DNA from: Rhodospirillaceae bacterium | Lineage (GTDB): Bacteria > Pseudomonadota > Alphaproteobacteria > CACIAM-22H2 | Direction: 5' to 3' | Length of the DNA: 64,000 nucleotides | Assembly: GCA_022843945.1 (NCBI GenBank) | Contig: JALHMR010000023.1 | Span: 7,941-71,940, forward strand | Notes under the pieces: generated by a model | Databases searched by the model: none | The model's input: only the letters and a program-made list of their open reading frames with translations | Told to the model about the DNA's origin: nothing | Made by a program: the position numbers and the translations under genes | In this document: piece by piece, positions 19,401-27,143 of the stretch | How positions within the stretch are numbered: the stretch's first letter is position 1 | Layout of the letters: the number at the start of each line of letters is the position of its first letter

Positions 19401-19622
19401 CATGTCGTCGCCCGGGCGCGCGCCGGCAACATCTACGTCAACCGCAACATGATCGGCGCGGTGGTCGGCGTGCAGCCCTTCGGTGGCGAGGGCCTGTCGG
19501 GCACCGGCCCCAAGGCCGGCGGCCCGCACTACCTGGCGCGCTTCGCCACCGAGCGCACGCTCTCGGTCAACACCACGGCGGCCGGCGGCAACGCCACCCT
19601 GGTCTCGCTCGACGACGGCTAA
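16491..19622 (+). CDS. putA: Bifunctional proline dehydrogenase / L-glutamate-gamma-semialdehyde dehydrogenase (PutA, short form without an N-terminal DNA-binding domain)
   Basis: About 1043 aa. It has a PRODH barrel region (RLMVRLVKGAYWD, FATHNAH) followed by an ALDH domain (FTGST, ETGGQNA, QRCSA, EVFGPVL). ATG 16491 is 2 nt after the preceding stop; a TTG at 16485 is an alternative start. Confidence 0.9.
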   Translation: MIFAATPPAVDATRKRLRAAFLADEGQIVRGLAEAAGLDAKARAAIKADATKLVAEVRARPAPALGIETLLQEYELSTAEGIALMCLAEALLRIPDADTANRLIRDKLAHADWEKHSGNSPSVLVNAATWGLALTGRLLREEDLGQAGLSAALLRIVARQSEPLMREAMEAAMRIMGRQFVMGRTIDEALKRAGEGTEWRYSFDMLGEAARTAADAARYLEAYHRAIEAIGRASGDKGPFAANGISIKLSALHPRYEFAQGERVMKELVPRLVGLAEAAKRWDIGLTIDAEEADRLELSMDVIAAALAQPSLGGWDGFGLAIQGYQKRTLPLIDWLIETARSRRRRLMVRLVKGAYWDAEIKRGQERGLAGYPVFTRKAWTDLSYLASARRLLSAPDALYPQFATHNAHTLAAMHRLAGGKGEFEFQRLHGMGESLHRVAAELLQPSRPCRVYCPVGSHEDLLPYLVRRLLENGANTSFVHKVSDPRTPMSKVVEDPLDALAARGSTPHPKIPLPRDLYGNRPNSVGIDFSDMNELARLAADMTRARGQSWQAAPLVGGRPLQGPAQDRVEPANRTRALGKVVEATAVQADQALAAAAAAQPGWDARGVEARAAALDRAAELFEKNRAGLIARIVAEGGRTVPDALMEVREAVDFLRYYAVEARRHFASAELSGPTGERNTLNLHGRGVFLGISPWNFPLAIFTGQIAAALVAGNAVIAKPAEQTPLVGAEAVRLLHEAGVDPTALHFLPGDGKLGAHLVKDRRVAGVAFTGSTQTAWAINRALAARDAPIASLIAETGGQNAMIVDSSALPEQVVADVLASSFNSAGQRCSALRVLCVQEDIADKVETMLAGALDELRIGEPQYLSTDVGPVIDAEARAMLEGHVARLRRAARPIRELALPKDLPPGEYVAPAAFGIDTIAFLEGEVFGPVLHVVRYSADRLDAILDAINATGFGLTLGIHSRIDDTIEHVVARARAGNIYVNRNMIGAVVGVQPFGGEGLSGTGPKAGGPHYLARFATERTLSVNTTAAGGNATLVSLDDG

Positions 19623-19627
19623 GGGGG

Positions 19628-20098
19628 TTAGAGCACCCGGAAATAGCGCACGTGCACCTCGGACGCGTACCGCGCCCCGGTACCGACGAAGACCGAGCGG
19701 TTGAGCCAGTCATGCGGGCCCGCCGCCACCTCGAAGCTCGGCGTGGTGCGAAAGTAATACGTGGCGGGGTCGACGCTCTCGCCCCGGGCCAGACGCTGCA
19801 TGACCTCTGGAGGGCCGTGGCGCAGCCCACGATTGACCACATAGATCAGCGTGCCGTCATCGACCTGCAGGGTGTAGCGCGCCACCAGGTCGGTGACGCC
19901 GTCCGGCCGCACGATCTGCGCATCGGCGCCGCCCGGCAGGACGATACCCTTGAGACCCATGCCTTTGAACCCGGGGCCTTCGAAGCTGCCGCCGGTGATC
20001 GGGATGAAGCGGCGCCGCCCCGAAGGCGTCTCTCCGACTTCCTGCGCTGTATCGACGCCGGCCCGCAATTCGAAGGCGAACTCGGTGGCGATGCTCAT
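19628..20098 (-). CDS. DUF3237 (UPF0311) family protein
   Basis: 156 aa. It has GRRRFIPITGGSFEGP...GIVLPGGADAQ...YFRTTPSFE...WLN, the pattern I associate with DUF3237. Its ATG overlaps the stop of the upstream TAXI gene (ATGA). Confidence 0.7.
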   Translation of the reverse strand: MSIATEFAFELRAGVDTAQEVGETPSGRRRFIPITGGSFEGPGFKGMGLKGIVLPGGADAQIVRPDGVTDLVARYTLQVDDGTLIYVVNRGLRHGPPEVMQRLARGESVDPATYYFRTTPSFEVAAGPHDWLNRSVFVGTGARYASEVHVRYFRVL

Positions 20099-21357
20099 GG
20101 GCTCGCCAGGCGCGCCCGCACGAAGTCGAGATGCATCCGCAGCTCGAAGAGCTGCTCGGCGTAGGAGTCCGGAACCTTGAGCATCGTCAGCTGCGGATGC
20201 AGGGCATCGAGCTCATCGCGGATCGCGCGGCGGCGCTCCGCATCCGCCGCGGCCGCTTCGGCTTCGAGCTGCCGGATGCTGTTGTACCAGCGGTAGATCT
20301 TGCGCCGCACCTGCCAGCGATAGGCCGACGGGGCGAAGCGGACGATCGGCAGCAGGATGGTGATCAGCGGGATGATGAGGACCGTCATGCGGTCGATCCA
20401 GACCGCCACACCGAAGGGCAGGTAGCGGAACAGGAACGAGGGCCCGCGCTCCAGGTAGCGCTCGGCGTCCTCGTGCAGCGGCACGTCGAGCCGCTCCTTG
20501 GTCGGGAAGGCACCGGGCGCCGCAAAAAGCTGCCGGCCGCCATGCACCTCGCGGGCGATCTTGAGCAGCAGGTTGACCAGGGCCGGATGGATGTCCTCTC
20601 GGGCGACCAGAGCCGTCGTGGGGGCGACCAGTTGTATGTCGCTCGAGGGGATGTTCCGGGCGAGACTTACCGCGCCGGCCGGAAGGCGCACGACGCTGAG
20701 GAAAGGCAGGCGCATGGCATACGCTTCGGCTTGCGGGAAGGGAAGCAGCCGTACCGTGCCGTTGGCGATCAGGCCGATCATTCCCGGCGAGGGTTCGGCG
20801 ACAACGAAGATGGCGGCATCGATGTCTCCGCGTTCGAGCGCGGCGCGGGCCTCGGGCCCGGTCAGATCGCTGAGCACCGTCGGGGCGCCATCGATCTCGT
20901 TGGCGGCCAGGAGCTGGCGCGCCAGGACCCGCGTGCCGCTGCCCTCGGGTCCGATGGCGATCCGCCGGCCGCGCAGCTCCGCGATGCGGGTGGCCCGCAG
21001 GCTGGAGCGGGCCAGCAGCCAGACCGGCTCGTAGAACACGCCAGCCAGGGCGACGACGTGGGGAGCGGACTCCTCGCTGGCCAGCCCGCCCTGGACCAGC
21101 GCCACATCGGCCTCGCCCCGCGCCAGCAGGCGTAGATTCTCGACCGAGCCGGGCGTCTCCAGCACGCGGGTCTGGATCTTGTCGTTGGCCAGCTCGTCGC
21201 GGTAGCGCCCGGCCAGCGTCTCGTAGAAGCTCCCGGAGGGGCCGGCGGCGAAACGGATTTCCTTGGGCGGCGGCGGATCGACGAAGCGCAAGGCGACGGC
21301 AACGACCGCCACCACCACGACGGCAACCAGTCCGTAGACTTTAACAAATTCGCGCAA
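20095..21357 (-). CDS. TAXI-family TRAP-type solute-binding protein with N-terminal membrane anchor, C-terminal transmembrane segment(s) and a cytoplasmic helical tail
   Basis: 420 aa with an apparent TTG start. The N-terminal TM is VYGLVAVVVVAVVAVAL. The TAXI-like core is ETPGSVENLRLLARGEADVALVQGG. A hydrophobic stretch LPFGVAVWIDRMTVLIIPLITILLPIV is followed by a charged, Ala/Arg/Glu-rich tail. The start position is uncertain. Confidence 0.7.
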   Translation of the reverse strand: MREFVKVYGLVAVVVVAVVAVALRFVDPPPPKEIRFAAGPSGSFYETLAGRYRDELANDKIQTRVLETPGSVENLRLLARGEADVALVQGGLASEESAPHVVALAGVFYEPVWLLARSSLRATRIAELRGRRIAIGPEGSGTRVLARQLLAANEIDGAPTVLSDLTGPEARAALERGDIDAAIFVVAEPSPGMIGLIANGTVRLLPFPQAEAYAMRLPFLSVVRLPAGAVSLARNIPSSDIQLVAPTTALVAREDIHPALVNLLLKIAREVHGGRQLFAAPGAFPTKERLDVPLHEDAERYLERGPSFLFRYLPFGVAVWIDRMTVLIIPLITILLPIVRFAPSAYRWQVRRKIYRWYNSIRQLEAEAAAADAERRRAIRDELDALHPQLTMLKVPDSYAEQLFELRMHLDFVRARLASP

Positions 21358-21359
21358 AA

Positions 21360-21413
21360 CCCCACCCCTCAGTTCTGCCTCGCTCTAGCTTAGCAGAAGG
21401 AGGGGCGGGTGGG
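21360..21413 (-). terminator. Long imperfect GC-rich hairpin followed by TTTTG on the minus strand (attenuator or RNA-stabilising element between two minus-strand genes)
   Basis: CCCACCCCTCAGTTCTGC...GCAGAAGGAGGGGCGGGTGGG. On the minus strand it is followed by GTTTTG, whose TTG is the annotated TAXI start. The right arm also carries the only purine-rich RBS candidate. Confidence 0.35.
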
Positions 21414-21427
21414 AGCGGCGCCGGCCT

Positions 21428-21916
21428 CTACTGCTGTGGCAGGCTCTCGGTCAGGGCGCGCGCTTCGCCCAGCTGCTTGAAGCACTCGGCTTCGCGCTGC
21501 TGGCGGGCGGCGGCCTTGGCGGCCGTCAGCAGGGACTGGAGCTGCGTGCGTTTGACAGCACTCAGCTCGCCACTCTTGGTCACCGGGCGCTCGGCCGTCT
21601 GCGGCGGGACGTTCGGGGTCGTCGGCATCGGGCTGCCGGTCGAAGTGGGCGGCTCAATCACGCGGGTGCGCCCTTCATTTGGCGGAGCGATGACGCCTCC
21701 CGATTCCTGCATGGCTTCCGGTGGAATCCCGCGTGATTCGGTGGTGGCCGGGACCTCGCCGCGGGCGTCGGGACGGGGCGGCGCTGCCCGTGGCAGATCC
21801 GCTGCGACTTGGTAGCGACTGGCCAGTCGGTCGACCTCGGCGGCGCAGTCGGCCGCGGCAAGATCGGGTGCTGCCACAAGCGTGGCGAGCGCGGCGAGGA
21901 GAAGGGTCGATCTCAT
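21428..21916 (-). CDS. Hypothetical secreted protein, proline-rich low-complexity middle
   Basis: Start at ATG 21916 (MRSTLLLAALATLVAAPDLAAADC...), a clear signal peptide. The centre is Pro/Thr-rich and there is one Cys near each end. GC3 bias is coding-like. No family recognised. Confidence 0.55.
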   Translation of the reverse strand: MRSTLLLAALATLVAAPDLAAADCAAEVDRLASRYQVAADLPRAAPPRPDARGEVPATTESRGIPPEAMQESGGVIAPPNEGRTRVIEPPTSTGSPMPTTPNVPPQTAERPVTKSGELSAVKRTQLQSLLTAAKAAARQQREAECFKQLGEARALTESLPQQ

Positions 21917-21949
21917 GAATGCCTCCGTGCGCCCCGCCACCCCTGACTC

Positions 21950-22387
21950 TCAAGGACTCTGCGAATGCTTGCCGCCGGGCTTGGAGATGCCCCGCAGACT
22001 GTCTGCCGCGGCCTCGGGCTCAGCCTCGTGCGCGAGGTCACCCAGCGCGACGATGCCGACCAGCCGCTTCTCGCGGTTGACCACGGGCAGGCGCCGGACC
22101 TGAAGCTCGGCCATATTCTCGGCCACGTGTGTCACTGGCTCGTCGTCGTAGCAGTATTTGACCTCGGCGCTCATAACGTCCCGTACCTTCGTCTCGCAGC
22201 CACGGCCCCTGGCCACGGCGCGCACGGCGATGTCGCGGTCGGTGATCATGCCCACCAGTCGGTCATCTTCGCCGACCGGCAGCACCCCGGTATCCAGCTC
22301 CATCATCCGCGAAGCGGCGTGCTGGATGGTGTCGTCTGGATTCTCGATGCGCACGTCGCGTGTCATCACATCCCGGATGAATCGCAT
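21950..22387 (-). CDS. CBS-domain pair protein
   Basis: Start at ATG 22387 (GGGAGA RBS) within ORF 21950..22402. It has two CBS repeats (VMTRDVRIENPDDTIQHAASRMMELDTGVLPV...; VMSAEVKYCYDDEPVTHVAENMAELQVRRLPVV...). Confidence 0.8.
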   Translation of the reverse strand: MRFIRDVMTRDVRIENPDDTIQHAASRMMELDTGVLPVGEDDRLVGMITDRDIAVRAVARGRGCETKVRDVMSAEVKYCYDDEPVTHVAENMAELQVRRLPVVNREKRLVGIVALGDLAHEAEPEAAADSLRGISKPGGKHSQSP

Positions 22388-22579
22388 GACCCGGTCTCCC
22401 ACCGCATAGCCTTGGTAAGAGCGGAACGGCGGGGCCGTGGAGCGGTTCCGGTTGGTCCGCCGGGGTAGCGGTATTTCGCTATCGAGCGCTTTTTTTACCG
22501 CGACGCTTGAACCTTTCAGCGAGGTTCAGCGTTGTATCGATGTTACGGAAGACGGGCGAAAGCCGGTCGAACGCAACAG

Positions 22580-22608
22580 AGGCCGTCCGGATCACATCCG
22601 GGCGGCCT
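22580..22608 (-). terminator. Hairpin terminator candidate downstream of the aldo/keto reductase gene
   Basis: AGGCCGTCCGGAT cac ATCCGGGCGGCCT has 13-nt arms with one mismatch. It starts 8 nt after the minus-strand stop at 22616-22618. The T-tract is poor (CTGTTGCGTT). Confidence 0.5.
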
Positions 22609-22615
22609 TTGCGTT

Positions 22616-23416
22616 TCAGTCGAGCGCGATAACGCGCGTATCGCCGGGCAAACGGTCCAACTCCGCCCTCTCGGCGGCGTCCAGCGCAAAATCGAAAATC
22701 TCGAGATTGGCGCGCAGATTGGGCTCGCGCGTTGCCTTGGGGATGGCAGCGACGCCGGGCTGCTGGACGAGCCAGCGCAAGGCGACCTGCGCGGCCGTCT
22801 TGCCGTGCCTGGCGCCGATCCTGGTCAATACCCCATTGTCGGTGAGCTGCCCGCGCGCCAGCGGGCAATAGGCCACCACCGCCATGCCGTGACCACGGGC
22901 GTAGTCGAGAATCGGCCGCTGGTTGAGCAGCAGGTGATATTCCACCTGGTTACAGGCGATCGGCGCCTTGTGCTTGGTCAGCGCCTCGGTCATCTGGCCG
23001 ACCGAGAAATTGCTGACGCCGATGGCCCTGGCCTTTCCGGCCTCCTTGAGCTTCATCATGGCGCCCAGGGTCTCGGCCAGCGGCACGGTGGTGTTGGGCC
23101 AGTGGATCAGCAGCAGGTCGACGTAGTCCGTCTTCAGTTTCCGGCGCGACGTCTCGGCCGTGGGGCCGACATCCTGGGCGCGCAGATGGTTGGTCCAGAT
23201 CTTGGTCGTGATGAAGAGCGATGCGCGGTCCACGCCTGATGCCTGGACGGCGCGGCCGATCTCCGCCTCATTGCCATACATCTCCGCCGTGTCGATATGC
23301 CGGTAGCCGAGATCGAGCGCCAGGCGCACGGACTTCTCGCAGGCGGCCCCCGAGAGTTGCCAGGTCCCCAGGCCCAAGGCCGGCATCTTGGCGCCCTGAA
23401 TGTCCACGAACAGCAT
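22616..23416 (-). CDS. Aldo/keto reductase (2,5-diketo-D-gluconate reductase-like)
   Basis: Start at ATG 23416 after GGGAGG. It has MPALGLGTW, GYRHIDTAEMYGNE, DLLLIHWP and IPKATREPN motifs typical of AKR-family enzymes. Confidence 0.85.
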   Translation of the reverse strand: MLFVDIQGAKMPALGLGTWQLSGAACEKSVRLALDLGYRHIDTAEMYGNEAEIGRAVQASGVDRASLFITTKIWTNHLRAQDVGPTAETSRRKLKTDYVDLLLIHWPNTTVPLAETLGAMMKLKEAGKARAIGVSNFSVGQMTEALTKHKAPIACNQVEYHLLLNQRPILDYARGHGMAVVAYCPLARGQLTDNGVLTRIGARHGKTAAQVALRWLVQQPGVAAIPKATREPNLRANLEIFDFALDAAERAELDRLPGDTRVIALD

Positions 23417-23499
23417 AGGAAATCCTCCCGCCAGGGCCGGCACTGTAGCGCAAAAAGCGGGCTTGCTGCAGTGCGATACCGCCTATAGCATCCGGCCCC

Positions 23500-24180
23500 A
23501 TGGCTGAATTCAACCAAGACGACCGCACCCTCTCGCGCCTGCTCGAGAATAATCGGGCCTGGGCCGAGCGTATCAGCACCGAGCATCCCGGGTTCTTCGA
23601 GAAGCTGGCGAAGCAGCAGGCGCCCGAGGTCCTGTGGATCGGCTGCTCCGACAGCCGCGTCCCGGCCAACGAGATCATCGGCATGATGCCGGGCGAGGTC
23701 TTTGTCCATCGCAACGTGGCCAACCAGGTCATGCATGTCGATTTCAACTGCCTGGCCGTCATCCAGTACGCGGTTGAGGCGCTGCGCGTGAAGCACGTCA
23801 TCGTCTGCGGCCACTACGGCTGCGGCGGCGTCAAGGCGGCGCTCCGGCGGCACGAGCTCGGCCTTCTGGACAACTGGCTCTATTCCATTGCCGCGATACG
23901 CGACAAGTACAAGACCAAGATCGAGGCCGCGGGCAAGGATTCCAGCACCGACGTGCTCTGCGAGCTCAACGTGATCGAGCAGGTGCACAATGTCTCCAAC
24001 ACCTCGATCCTGCAGCAGGCCTGGCGCCGGGGCCAGGACATCGCCGTCCATGGCTGGATCTACGGCATCAATGACGGCCACCTTCACGACCTCAACGTGA
24101 CCGTCGCCTCGCCCGACGACGTGGAGCCGATCTTCAGCGCCGCGCTTGCCGGGCCGCGCCTCGCCAACCGGAAAAAATAG
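23500..24180 (+). CDS. can: Beta-class carbonic anhydrase (Can/CynT type)
   Basis: 226 aa. The zinc-ligand motifs CSDSR and GHYGCGG are present, and it is similar to E. coli Can-type enzymes over the whole length. Confidence 0.9.
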   Translation: MAEFNQDDRTLSRLLENNRAWAERISTEHPGFFEKLAKQQAPEVLWIGCSDSRVPANEIIGMMPGEVFVHRNVANQVMHVDFNCLAVIQYAVEALRVKHVIVCGHYGCGGVKAALRRHELGLLDNWLYSIAAIRDKYKTKIEAAGKDSSTDVLCELNVIEQVHNVSNTSILQQAWRRGQDIAVHGWIYGINDGHLHDLNVTVASPDDVEPIFSAALAGPRLANRKK

Positions 24181-24181
24181 G

Positions 24182-25156
24182 ATGCGGTGGTGGGGGCGGT
24201 TTACTGCGGCATTGTGGATGCTGCTGGCGGCCGTCTGCTCACCGACGCCAGCCGCCGCCCAGCCCGAGGAGGCCAAGATCGGCCTCTATCTGACGGCGCT
24301 GAGCGGCTTCAACCTGGGCGCGGGCACCTTCAACGCGGACTTCTGGCTGTGGAGCAATACGCGCTCCGCGAAGCTGACGCCGCTCGACACGCTCGACATC
24401 GTCAACGCCGCTTCGCGGCAGGGTGAGCTCCTCGGGTCACGGCGGGTCGATGGCATCCGTTGGGATCAACAACGGGTGCGCATTACCGCGCGCAACAATT
24501 TCCAGGCGTATCATTTCCCCTTCGATAGGCAGACGCTGCAGCTGATCTTCGAGGACAGTTTCCTGTCCACCAAGGATCTGGTCTATGTCGCGGACCACGA
24601 AAACTCGCGCGTCTCAAGGGCTCTGAACATCCCGGGCTGGAAGGTGCTGGGCTGGAACCTCGCCATCACGCAGCATGACTACATCACCAATTTCGGCGAC
24701 CCTGTAACCTCTGGGCCGACGCCGGTCTCGCGGCTGGTCTTCTCCGTGGATATCGAACGCACGGGGCTCGACGAATTCATCGAGCTGACGCTCGGCGCTT
24801 TCGTGTCTTTCGCCATCCTGGCGCTGAGCTTCCGGATGAATCCGACACTGCCGCCGATCTTCGCCGGTCGCATGGGCGTGATCGTGGCCAGCGTCTTCAC
24901 CGTGGTAATCAGCCTGCGCAGCGCCAACACGGTGACATCCCTGCCGGTCGGCGCGACCCTGGTCGACAGGATCCATCTCTGGACATTGGCGGCGGGGTTT
25001 GCCGCCGCGGTGGCCGCCGCCGCGGTCCGCTACGTGGCGGAGTCCGGGCACGAAGCCAAGGCGCTGGCGGCCGATCGCTGGATTATGCCGGTCTACATCG
25101 CGGTCTACGTGGTGATCGTGACGGTCATGATCGTCGCGGCCGTGCTGCCGGATTGA
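24182..25156 (+). CDS. Prokaryotic pentameric ligand-gated ion channel (Cys-loop receptor superfamily) homologue
   Basis: Start at ATG 24182, 1 nt after the can stop. It has a signal peptide (ALWMLLAAVCSPTPAAA), a beta-rich ectodomain with FNADFWLWSNT and the Cys-loop-equivalent signature YHFPFDRQTLQLIFE, pre-M1 VDIERTG, four TM helices, and an M2-M3 SLPVGATLVDRIHLW segment resembling the LPxxxYxxxID motif. Confidence 0.65.
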   Translation: MRWWGRFTAALWMLLAAVCSPTPAAAQPEEAKIGLYLTALSGFNLGAGTFNADFWLWSNTRSAKLTPLDTLDIVNAASRQGELLGSRRVDGIRWDQQRVRITARNNFQAYHFPFDRQTLQLIFEDSFLSTKDLVYVADHENSRVSRALNIPGWKVLGWNLAITQHDYITNFGDPVTSGPTPVSRLVFSVDIERTGLDEFIELTLGAFVSFAILALSFRMNPTLPPIFAGRMGVIVASVFTVVISLRSANTVTSLPVGATLVDRIHLWTLAAGFAAAVAAAAVRYVAESGHEAKALAADRWIMPVYIAVYVVIVTVMIVAAVLPD

Positions 25157-25161
25157 GCCGT

Positions 25162-26130
25162 TTACTGCTCGATCTTGATGTTGGCCGCCTTGGCCACGGT
25201 CGTCCAACGCTCGATGTCGGCAGAGATCACCTTCGCGAATTCCTCTGACGAGCTGGCCGAGGGCTCGACCGACAGGCCGAGCAGGCGGTCATGGACCTCC
25301 GGCAGGCGCAGCACGCGCCGGGCCTCGGCCTCGAGCTTGCGCACGACCGGCGCCGGCGTGCCGGCCGGCGCGAAGATGCCGCTCCACAGGCCAACCTCGG
25401 CGTTCGCCACGCCGGCTTCCTGCAGCGTCGGCAGATTGGGGAAGTCGGGAGAGCGCCTGGCCGAGGTCACGGCGAGCGCACGCACCTGGCCGCCGCGGAT
25501 GTGGCCGGAGACCGCCGGCGCATCGACGATGCTCATGATCACTTCGCCCTTGATCACCGCGGTCACGGATTCACCGCTGCTCTTGTAGCCGATGTATTCC
25601 AGCGGCGCGCCGGTGCGGATCTTGAACAGCTCGGTCGCCAGCTGGAAGGCCGGCGACGAGCCGGCGTAGTTGGCCTTGCCCGGATTGGCCTTGGCGAAGG
25701 TCACGAGGTCCTGGACCGTGCCCAGCGGCATGGTCGGGGTGGCGACCACGAACAACGGGAACGAGGCGATCATGGTGATCGGGATGAAATCGCGGCGTGT
25801 GTCGTAGGACAGGCGGGTATAGATCGCCTGGTTGATCGCCATGGCCCCGCTGGCGCCGATCAGCAGCGTGTAGCCGTCGGGCGGCGACTTGGCCACGTAT
25901 TCAGTGGCGACCACGGCACCGGCGCCGGGCTTGTTCTCGACGACGACCGGCTGGCCGAGCGCTTCGCCGAGCTTCGTGTTGAACAGCCGGGCAAGGATGT
26001 CGTTGCCGCCGCCGGCGGCAAAGCCGACGACCAGGCGGATCGGTTTGCTGGGGTAGTTGTCCTGTGCCTGAACGGCCGTGGAGCCCAGCAGAGTGGCGAC
26101 GGCGAGCAGAGTCGTGCCGATGATCTTCAT
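25162..26130 (-). CDS. Bug/TctC-family tripartite tricarboxylate transporter substrate-binding protein (orphan)
   Basis: 322 aa with a signal peptide ending AQA. It has PIRLVVGFAAGGGNDILARL and ENKPGAGA motifs. Confidence 0.85.
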   Translation of the reverse strand: MKIIGTTLLAVATLLGSTAVQAQDNYPSKPIRLVVGFAAGGGNDILARLFNTKLGEALGQPVVVENKPGAGAVVATEYVAKSPPDGYTLLIGASGAMAINQAIYTRLSYDTRRDFIPITMIASFPLFVVATPTMPLGTVQDLVTFAKANPGKANYAGSSPAFQLATELFKIRTGAPLEYIGYKSSGESVTAVIKGEVIMSIVDAPAVSGHIRGGQVRALAVTSARRSPDFPNLPTLQEAGVANAEVGLWSGIFAPAGTPAPVVRKLEAEARRVLRLPEVHDRLLGLSVEPSASSSEEFAKVISADIERWTTVAKAANIKIEQ

Positions 26131-27089
26131 GACGTTCCTCCCTTGATCGCGGCGGCCCGTTCCAGGCCTTTGACCAGTCGGTAGACAGTCTTGCAGGTCG
26201 GCACGGAAATTCCCAGCCGGTCCGCCTCCCGGACGATGTAGCCGGTGAGCTCGTCGATTTCGGTGGGCACGCCGCGGGCGATGTCGAGCGCCATGGACCC
26301 GCCATGCCGGGACATGGGCACCCGGCCATCACGGATCTTGCGCACGGGCTCCAGCGGGTCGTAGGCGAGGGGCGCGCCCAGCGCCCGGACGACGGCCAGG
26401 CATTCCTCGCCCATGGCGTCGATGAGATCGCGGATCTCCGCCACCTCGTAGCGGGCGGCATTGACCCCGAGCAGCAGCGCGCCGACGGGGTTCATGACGC
26501 TGTTGAAGACGAACTTCGACCACACGGCACCCATCGGGTCGGGCATGAACTCGGTCACCATGCCCGCCCGGGTCAGGAGCTCGGCGAACCAGCGCACCTC
26601 GTCGGCCGCGCCCCGGCGGGGGCCTAGCCAGGTCTGGCTGCGCATCAGGTGCTCGACATGACCCGGGCCGACATAGCGCCCGGCTTCCATCATGGCGCCA
26701 CGGGCCACCGGCAGGGTCGTCTCCCGCAGGAGAACCTCGTCGTTGCCCATGCCGTTCTGCAGCGTGACCAGCAGGGGTTTCCCCCGAAGCACCGGGCGCA
26801 GGCTGATTACGGCATCGGCGGTTGCCTTCGATTTCACGAGAAAGACGACGGCCTCGAAGCTGCGCTCCGCCAGCGTCTCCACGCGATCGGTGGCGCTGAG
26901 GCGAGCCAGGCGCTCGCCGATCCCGGTGACACGCAGGCCCTGCGACTGGATGGCGCGGACGTGTTCGGTGTTGATATCGTAGATCGTGACGGCGGCCTCG
27001 GCGGACAGCGCGGCGGCAACGATCCCACCCATGGCTCCCGCGCCGGTCACCAGAATCTGCCGCCCGGTCTTTGAAGGGGAGCCTGTCAT
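26127..27089 (-). CDS. 2-dehydropantoate 2-reductase family protein (PanE/ApbA)
   Basis: Start at ATG 27089 within ORF 26127..27293. It has Rossmann ILVTGAGAMGG and a ketopantoate-reductase-like body. Its stop overlaps the Bug gene start (ATGA). Confidence 0.8.
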   Translation of the reverse strand: MTGSPSKTGRQILVTGAGAMGGIVAAALSAEAAVTIYDINTEHVRAIQSQGLRVTGIGERLARLSATDRVETLAERSFEAVVFLVKSKATADAVISLRPVLRGKPLLVTLQNGMGNDEVLLRETTLPVARGAMMEAGRYVGPGHVEHLMRSQTWLGPRRGAADEVRWFAELLTRAGMVTEFMPDPMGAVWSKFVFNSVMNPVGALLLGVNAARYEVAEIRDLIDAMGEECLAVVRALGAPLAYDPLEPVRKIRDGRVPMSRHGGSMALDIARGVPTEIDELTGYIVREADRLGISVPTCKTVYRLVKGLERAAAIKGGTS

Positions 27090-27143
27090 CAAGATGAGCC
27101 TTGATCGCGGATTGGTTGCATCGCACGCTACAGACCGAGGACG

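Noticed and set aside
16485-19622. PutA as two separate genes (proline dehydrogenase plus P5C dehydrogenase), or as carrying a DNA-binding domain.
   Set aside because: It is a single uninterrupted 1045-codon frame. The N-terminus goes straight into the PRODH arm/barrel region and no ribbon-helix-helix-like segment is recognisable.
21428-22402. CBS protein plus proline-rich secreted protein as a toxin-antitoxin, anti-sigma or defence pair.
   Set aside because: There is no similarity to any toxin, antitoxin, sigma or anti-sigma family that I can recognise. The genes are separated by 33 nt without coupling. CBS-pair stand-alone proteins are common housekeeping regulators.
22403-22615. Possible plus-strand small RNA ending at the hairpin 22580-22608, followed by TTTGCGTTTC.
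   Set aside because: The hairpin sits 8 nt after the stop of the minus-strand aldo/keto reductase gene and is symmetric, so it is most simply that gene's terminator. I found no convincing plus-strand promoter. The rest of the gap is the 5' region of the CBS gene.
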